Source of the DNA: Octopus bimaculoides | Lineage: Eukaryota | NCBI RefSeq assembly: GCF_001194135.2 | Contig: NC_068992.1 | Coordinates: 14,416,292 to 14,470,722, forward strand | Direction: 5' to 3' | DNA: 54,431 nucleotides | Shown here: positions 47,409 through 54,431 of the stretch, one piece after another | Layout: every line of letters begins with the position of its first letter | How positions within the stretch are numbered: the stretch's first letter is position 1 | Program-made: the position numbers and the translations under genes | The notes under the pieces: model-generated | Told to the model about the DNA's origin: nothing | Databases searched by the model: none | The model's input: only the letters and a program-made list of their open reading frames with translations

Positions 47409-47789
47409 CACACACATATATGTATATGTGTGTGCATGCACGTGCGCTCACACGCACACACACGTATTGTTTGACAATCAATAATACCTACACTGACAGC
47501 TGTTTCTCTAAATAAATATGTGTTTTTAACTTGTTAAGAAAGAAAGAAAGACATGTTGAATCAGCCCATCCACTTTTTTGCTTCTTGTGACAGATACCAT
47601 TTACTTATTTTTATGATTTACAGATAATATTGACAGCGTTGATGAAATGTTAGACAAAATTCCTTGTGGTATTTAGTTATGTACCTTGACATTGCAAGTT
47701 CAAATCCTGCTGAAATCATCTTTGACTTTCATCTTTGTGTGTCATTTCCAAATTCCTTTGAGGCATGAGTTCTGCTTGAGTATCTGCAG

Positions 47790-48139
47790 CAGGGGTTCTT
47801 GACCATTTTTTTATCAGTGGGCTCCTTTGATTATTATTTTGTTCCGGTGGATCCCCATAGCCATTCAAGGGTTTAAAAACTAATTTTATAGAAACCTCTT
47901 TCAAAATTCGTATTTTGTTTTTCAGACATTAACTTGTGTAAGTTGAACTATGTAAAACGACTGAGAAAGAAACCTAACTGTTTCTTGCAATACACACCAA
48001 TACATAAATCTAAAGCAAAATTATTTCAAGGGTCCTTAAAATACTATAGTGGATCCCCTATTTACTGATTTGTTGTGTAGACCCTCAATAATCTTATATG
48101 GGCCCTCAGGAGACACATGGACCCAGTTGAGAACCCTTG
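47790..48139. mobile_element. hAT MITE
   Basis: Termini CAGGGGTTCTTGACC ... GTTGAGAACCCTTG; 8-bp flanks ATCTGCAG and ATCTACAG (7/8 match). Confidence 0.8.
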
Positions 48140-48299
48140 ATCTACAGCTTAAAATTATCAGTGGCCATACATCAATAATTCATAATTGTTTTATGCCTAG
48201 ATATATATATTTGTGTGTGTGTGTGTAGCAAGGAAAAAGTATGTATATAGTGCAAAGAAGTGTGATTTGAGTTTTGTAGCCATGTTTCGGTGTCATATT

Positions 48300-48625
48300 A
48301 AAAAGCATTTGTGCCAGTGCCACATGGTAGCACCCATGCCAATGCCATGTAAAAAGTACTTGTAGTGGTGCCACATGTGAGGCACCTGTGATGGTGCCAC
48401 ATACAAAGTGCCTGTGCTGCTGCATGTACAAAGCACCCAGTACATTCTGTAAGGTGGTTGGTATTAGGATGGGCATCCAACTGTAGAGACCATGCCAGAA
48501 TGGACAACTGGAACCTGGTGCCGCTTTTCGGCCTTGCCAACTCCTGTCCAACTGTCCAACCCATGCCAGCATGGAAAATGGATGTTTTTTTCAATGATGA
48601 TGATGACGATGATGACGACGACGAC
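48300..48625 (+). mobile_element. RTE 3' tail, diverged, with (GAT/GAC/GGC)n end
   Basis: GGTTGGTATTAGGATGGGCATCCAACTGTAG...CCAACCCATGCCAGCATGGAAAATGGATG. Confidence 0.8.
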
Positions 48626-50229
48626 GGCGGCGGCGGCGGTCCTTTTTCACAGAGATACGAAATGTTGATTAACCCCAAGCCAACTCTGAATGAATAGCTC
48701 TGTGACGAAAAGCATTCCAACCATGAACATCTCTTTTTATTTTCTTTCTTGGCATTGTAAAATATTTAGGATTACATCAAACAACACATCATTTCATTTT
48801 TTTCATTTTCAAAGATGGCCAGGTGTAATCCGAAGAAGGTTTGGTCAATATTTCTAACAAGTTAAACAACCATCTAAATAAGGTAACGACTTGTTGACTC
48901 ACAGATGGCAGGTCAACTGCGTTGGTGAACAGCCAGAAATGGTGTTGGTGGCAGTGGCAGTGAGGTAGGGCGGAGGGGGGGGGCTGTGAATTTCATTTGT
49001 GTTATTAGTGACACATCTGTAAACTCTGTTGGCTGACATAAATTGTCTGTCATTTTGACAACTACTTTAATTTTTTTTTTTTTTTTCATTGTTTCATAAC
49101 TTTTCAACATTTAATTTTCACTTAGATTCACTTCCTTCTCAGCTACTTCCCCCCACCCCTCTCACACACACATAACACGCTACCTGCTTAAAAACAAAAG
49201 TAAAAACGTTCATAATGTGATCTTGCAAAAAAAGAAGGAAAATGGGCAGAATGTCATGGGTGGACTGTCTTTGATCAAACGTCTGCTTGGTAACTACACT
49301 CCTGGAGCTAAACAGCAACAATAGCAACTTGACCACTGTGTCTTTGATTCTGCTGGTTATCTTGTAAATATTTGGAGTTACGTGGTCATAGAGGTTTGCT
49401 TAAATGTTGAAGGACAAGGGACCATAACCAGAGACCATGTACTCGGCAAAATGTGTCTTAACACTCTTGTTTCTGTATTGACCAGGTTGCAGATGTGGCT
49501 GTGTAGGTAAGGAGTTTTCTTCTCAACCACACAATTTTGTGTTGAGGCCCCCTGTGTGACTCCTTGGACAGCGTCTTCTACTATAGCCCCAAGCTGATGA
49601 AAGTCATGTGGGTCAATTTGGTAGTTCGAAATTGGAAAGAAGATTCCTCTAAAGCTGGAAGTTTTCATCATAGAACAAGGGGTGGTGGGCAGCCAGTGTT
49701 CCTGACTCTTTGGAGGGCCTTTAAGATTGGTGGGAGAGAGAAAAGTAGCCTTAGAACTACAGACCTGACCCCAATGCTTGCAAAACAGCGGACGTTGCTA
49801 AAGTTACCCAAGATATATACCAGGTGGGGTTATTATACCAGCCCCCTGATTACACTTGCTCAGTTGGCTAGAAATAGCAGTGTCCTCACTTTAATAACAC
49901 TGTGCTGTGATTTGAGGAACATTCGGTTGCTATCCCAAGCAAACAAGATACTATGTAAATAAGTTAATTTGTCATGTATGTCTATATTAACAAGATGTAG
50001 ATGATAAAAATGAAATTATAAAGCTGCTTATTTCCTGTTTTTTGCAATGTTGCCTTAATACCTTGTGTAAAATATCCCATGGCCCTGAGTTAAAACCTAA
50101 GCACAACCATTCTATTGTCAATGAACGTGTTGACAAGACACATAATTTTGCCCAGCTCCAAGAAACAAACGAGTTTAAACCGTGTTTCCAAGGTGTTTCT
50201 TATATTTTTATTTTATTTTACTAGTTGTA

Positions 50230-50618
50230 TACTCTTTACTCTTTACTCTTTTACTTGTTTCAGTCATTTGACTGTGGCCATGCTGGAGCACCACCTTTAG
50301 TCGAGCAAATCGACCCCCAGGACTTATTCTTTGGAAGCCTAGTACTTATTCTATCGGTCTCTTTTTGCCGAACAGCTAAGTTACGGGGACGTAAAAACAC
50401 CAGCATCAGTTGTCAAGCGATGGGGGGAGGGACAAACACAGACACACAAACACACATACATATATATATGTATACATATATATGACGGGCTTCTTTCAGT
50501 TTCCATCTACCAAATCCACTCACAAGGCTATAGTAGAAGACACTTGCCCAAGATGCCACGCAGTGGGACTGAACCCGGAACCATGTGGTTGGTAAGCAAG
50601 CTACTTACCACACAGCCA
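50230..50618 (-). mobile_element. SINE family A (small internal deletion)
   Basis: Head-to-tail match to the 12837 copy. Confidence 0.92.
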
Positions 50619-50759
50619 ATGCACTCTTCAGGCTAGTGAGACCATTGAAAAAGATAGTGAAAAATTATCAGCCTTTTCATGAGGTCCTGTAATAGGAACA
50701 CTTTATGCAAAATCATTTTTTAAATTCTATTTACAAATTTTAAAATAAGTTTTTTTTTA

Positions 50760-51824
50760 TGTTACTAAAAATGGTAGGGTTTTATCACAAACAGGTTTGT
50801 CAATTATTCAACAACATCTTTTTAACATTTTTTGTACATCTCTCGAGTTTGGGAGAGTTGCATCTTTACATACAAAATAATTCTAGACAATTGGTCCATG
50901 ATAGTTGTAACTGAATTTGTTCGGTTTTGTTATGGCATAACTGTTACATTTGAATGTTGCTCTAGAATAAATACTTCATCAGATATTTGTGAATATTCTT
51001 TATAAATTTTTCCTGAATACATTTTGGTGTAGAATTGTGATAAACTTTGTACATTGGTCTCAAGTGAGCAGCCAAATTTATTTCATAAATGTTTAGCATT
51101 TTATTATCAAGCAGTAAAGGCTGGGAGTGGGATCCTCTGGGAGCCTTTGATTAAATAAATGACTGCATGTTTTCGTAAAGTATGAAGTTTATTTAATTTT
51201 GACTTCTTGATACTCTCCAAGCTAGGTCAGAATATATCAAATATGGATTAACAAAAGAAAAATATAACATATTCATCACTTTGTTGTTCAAAATCTTAAG
51301 TCCCTGACAGATTATTCTGATTTGTGTCAATAGTTTGGATTCTATGTGAATGTGCAATTTCCAATTCAAATTTTCATCAATAACAATTCCCAGAAACTTT
51401 GTGTACCTGGACCGTTTGACTTCTTTTGAGCCAAAGTGAAGTTTTTGGGGTTGTAAAGGCAGATCGTCATTAGCAGATGAACAGATTAGAGTGCACTTAG
51501 TTTTATCTACAATCAGAAAAGGCTTATTTGTTGAAAACCAGTCATTTATAGGTGATAATTGATTGTTCGTTTCTTTGAATAATGTGCAGTAGTCTTTAAA
51601 TGCTAAAAAAAAAAGATTCATATGATCGGCAGACATGATAACATTTAGGAGTGGAACTTTATGGTGAATATCATTAATATATGCAGGAGGTTTGCTTCTG
51701 AACCACATGGTTCTGGGTTCAATCCCACTGCATGACACTTTGGACAAGTGTCTTCTACTGTAGCCTTGAACCAACCAAAGCCTTGTGAGTGGATTTGATA
51801 GACAGAAACTGAAAGAAGCCCATC

Positions 51825-51861
<37 letters not shown>

Positions 51862-51935
51862 TTTGTTTTATGAGTATTCTATGATCAACATTGTCGAAAG
51901 CTTTACTGTGGTTAATGAAACACTCCAAGTGTAAC
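50760..51935 (-). mobile_element. CR1/L2-group (Crack/Daphne-like) LINE RT remnant interrupted by a SINE (51683-51850, +)
   Basis: INHSKAFDNVDHRIL; MSADHMNL (FADDTNL position); DWF..NK...N.DKTK; TKFLGIVIDENLNWKLHI; MLYFSFVNPYLIY. Confidence 0.85.
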
Positions 51936-52294
51936 ATGGTATCAAAAGCTAGAAAGCATACTTGGTTATATGTAAAAATAACTGCTCCTTATTTTAATAA
52001 TCAGTCTAGATCAAGTACCAATTTAGGAAAAACATTGGACCAGGTACCTTGTGGTATTTCTTTTTTTTTCTATGTTCAAATCCTTCCATGGCCTATTTGG
52101 GTGTTTGACTGAATCCATTGCCTCATTTTACACCAACACTGGACACTTTGGGTGTTTTTAGTGGTGTCCACTCTGTTACGAACTTTCAGGTTCACAACAG
52201 ATCTTTGGCCTGTGAATACCTTCCTTTCTCCCTCCCACCAATCTATGGAGTTTTGGCCACTTCCTTCTCTTCTTGATTCTTCTGGCACTCAGTT

Positions 52295-52440
52295 ATGATG
52301 ACGAGGGTTCCAGTTGATCCAAGCAATGGAACAGCTTACTTGTGAAATTAACGTGCAAGTGGCTGAGCACTCCACAGATAAATGTACCCTTAACACAGTC
52401 CTTGGAGAGATTCAGTACAACACTGAATGTAACAAAGCCA
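52295..52440 (-). mobile_element. SINE family C, 3' part
   Basis: GAGGGTTCCAGTTGATCC...GTGAAATTAACGTGCAAGTGGCTGAGCACTCCACAGA, as at 583-660. Confidence 0.8.
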
Positions 52441-54431
52441 AATACATGAGACAACAAATGACACCTTCTTTATTAAAAGATCGAAAAAAAGAATATAAAG
52501 CAAGGGAACCAGTCAGGTGGCACTGGCATTGACCATGCTCGAATGGTGCTTTTTATTTGCCACTGGCGGCGCTGGCATCGGCCATGACAACGATTTCACT
52601 TGACTCAACAAGTCTTCTCAAGCACAGTATATGGCCCGACAATTGAAGGGTACTCTTAAATGGGCTGGTTATGTGACACTGGCATAGGCCACAGCTACGA
52701 TCTTACTTGGTCTGCTGGGTCTTCTCAAGCACAGCATATCTCCAAAGGTCTCAGTTGCTTGTCATTGCTTCTGTGAGGCCCAATGTTTGAAGGTTGTGCT
52801 TCACCACCTCATCTCAGGTCTTCCTGGGTCTACCTCTTTCACAGGTTCCCTGCACTATTAGGGTGTGACACTTCTTTACACAGCTGTCCTCATCCTAATT
52901 GATTAAAATTAAGAATCGAATGTGGGTAACGTCCAAATTTGTACAGATTCTATGAGGTAATGGTGGAACCTCATTTGAACTGCTTGAGCTACTTGCCAGA
53001 TTCCCTTGGACCAAATGAAAAAGAAAAGAAGAAAATAAAAGAGTATTTGGAATTATGTAGTTTTAGATATACAAAGATATACAAAAAGGCAAGATGGTCT
53101 TGGTTGGAATACCTTTCGTCTTAGATCAACTTGATCAGGGATCACCTGGGGTCAAACAACAATAGCATATGCTCCAACTAGTTAACAGATTTACTGAAAA
53201 AAATAATCATTTATTTTGCATGGGACAGATGGTCATTAATCATTTGTGTGTGTGTGTGTGTGTGTGTGTACACAATTATTTAGATAGAGAACTTAAAGAA
53301 AGAGGGATATATGTTTAATGAAATTCTGATGAAACGAGAGAGAGAGATTGACAGATAGCTAACGGATGTGAGGCCACCCAGACATATATAAATAATGCCA
53401 GGCTACCCAGGCATACCTGCATAAGAACTGTATGGCAGGCCAACTGGACATGCATAAGAACTGATTTACATATTATAAACTACTACCAACCAGTTCTATA
53501 GCTGGACTAGTGCACCACCTGTGACAGGGAGACAAAGGTGGTGGGGTGATGTAGTCAATAACGCATTACTTCTCGAAGAAGTATTATCAGAAACTGGATA
53601 TCTACTTAGGTTTATTATCTTAGCTGGAAGAGATACAAAGAGTAGGAGGTTTGCTAATATAATGTGATGAGTTGTGGTGGGGGAGAGCACTGCATATTTA
53701 AAATACAATCTGTTGTAACTTAGAAAAAACGAGTACCCGCCATTAATCTCTTTGCAGGGCCTCATAAAATGATAATGAGTTTTTGTTGCTTCTAGCCATG
53801 ACCAGTCTATCTGTTTAGACATATCTATGACTCCCACATATAAGGCAGTAGACTGTGATTGGAGAGAGATTTGGCTTCTATTTCTAGCAGTTCAAATGAC
53901 CACATAGAATGTCCCTCATGGTGCTGCTGCAGTAAGAAGTATGTAATTGAATGTGTTGAGGGTTAACAGTTACATTTGTTTCAGAATATAGAACCAAGCC
54001 ATCAGTTTCTGGTAAAGTGAAGACAAGCATTCTTACATCAAAACAAACAACTTTACTTTTCACAACTTTGGTGTTAAACTCAGGCCTTCTTTGTAGATAT
54101 ACAAAAGGACATTAGCATAATGTTCTCTGGTTTTTGTGGGCTGTGAAGGAAACTAGATTTGCAATGTGGGCCTTGTTTAAGTTTTCTTTTTTTAATTATT
54201 TTTTGCTTTTTTTAATGTAGAGTTCTAGGTCACTGCATTTCTGTTAATGAGAATGATAAGGGAGCAATTTGGACTATGTTTGAATAACACTGGTGTCTCA
54301 TTGATATATATATATATATATTCAAATATGAATGTGAAGCAGCTTGAGGAATATAAACAATGCCGAACACACATCACACACACAAAGTATGTGTTTTGCC
54401 AGTTCATGGGCAAGCTGTGATTATAGGCGTC

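Noticed and set aside
47914-47995. Acceptor plus INLCKLNYVKRLRKK, phase-compatible with exon 1 and vaguely ADAT3-like
   Set aside because: It lies inside the hAT MITE 47790-48139 and has no donor consistent with that reading.
52939-53124. 61-aa ORF MYRFYEVMVEPHLN... as a gene
   Set aside because: Short, no recognisable motif, no supporting promoter or splice context, and flanked by repeat fragments.

Overview
Eukaryotic, AT-rich, repeat-dominated sequence from a gapped short-read assembly (ten N-runs, most beside microsatellites, one inside an 80-bp minisatellite). The repeat families (tRNA-derived SINEs with a central (CA/TA)n tract, RTE 3' tails ending in (GAT)n, Penelope remnants) resemble those I associate with Octopus (coleoid cephalopod); that assignment is inference. 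The window opens with two tandem tRNA-Cys(GCA) genes on the minus strand. A CpG-rich promoter-like region and a probable first coding exon (1338-1413, strong donor) of an unidentified + strand gene follow. The remaining ~53 kb looks like intron or intergenic DNA filled with decayed transposons: Penelope RT/GIY-YIG, RTE with a PHD finger, Tx1/L1-like, CR1/L2-like, Gypsy, Merlin, maT DD37D, mariner, hAT and mariner MITEs, and SINEs. No intact long ORF, CRISPR array or rRNA is present. Most ORF-track entries are repeat or N-run artefacts. The features most worth follow-up are a ~510-bp inverted pair 14 kb apart with a 166-bp near-perfect core, five long local fold-back elements, two nearly intact hammerhead ribozyme motifs, a CpG-retaining island at ~20.5-25.6 kb with possible nested exons or a small ORF, and an unexplained coding-like island at 32.0-32.45 kb. 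All alignments and counts were done by eye; no database search was run.
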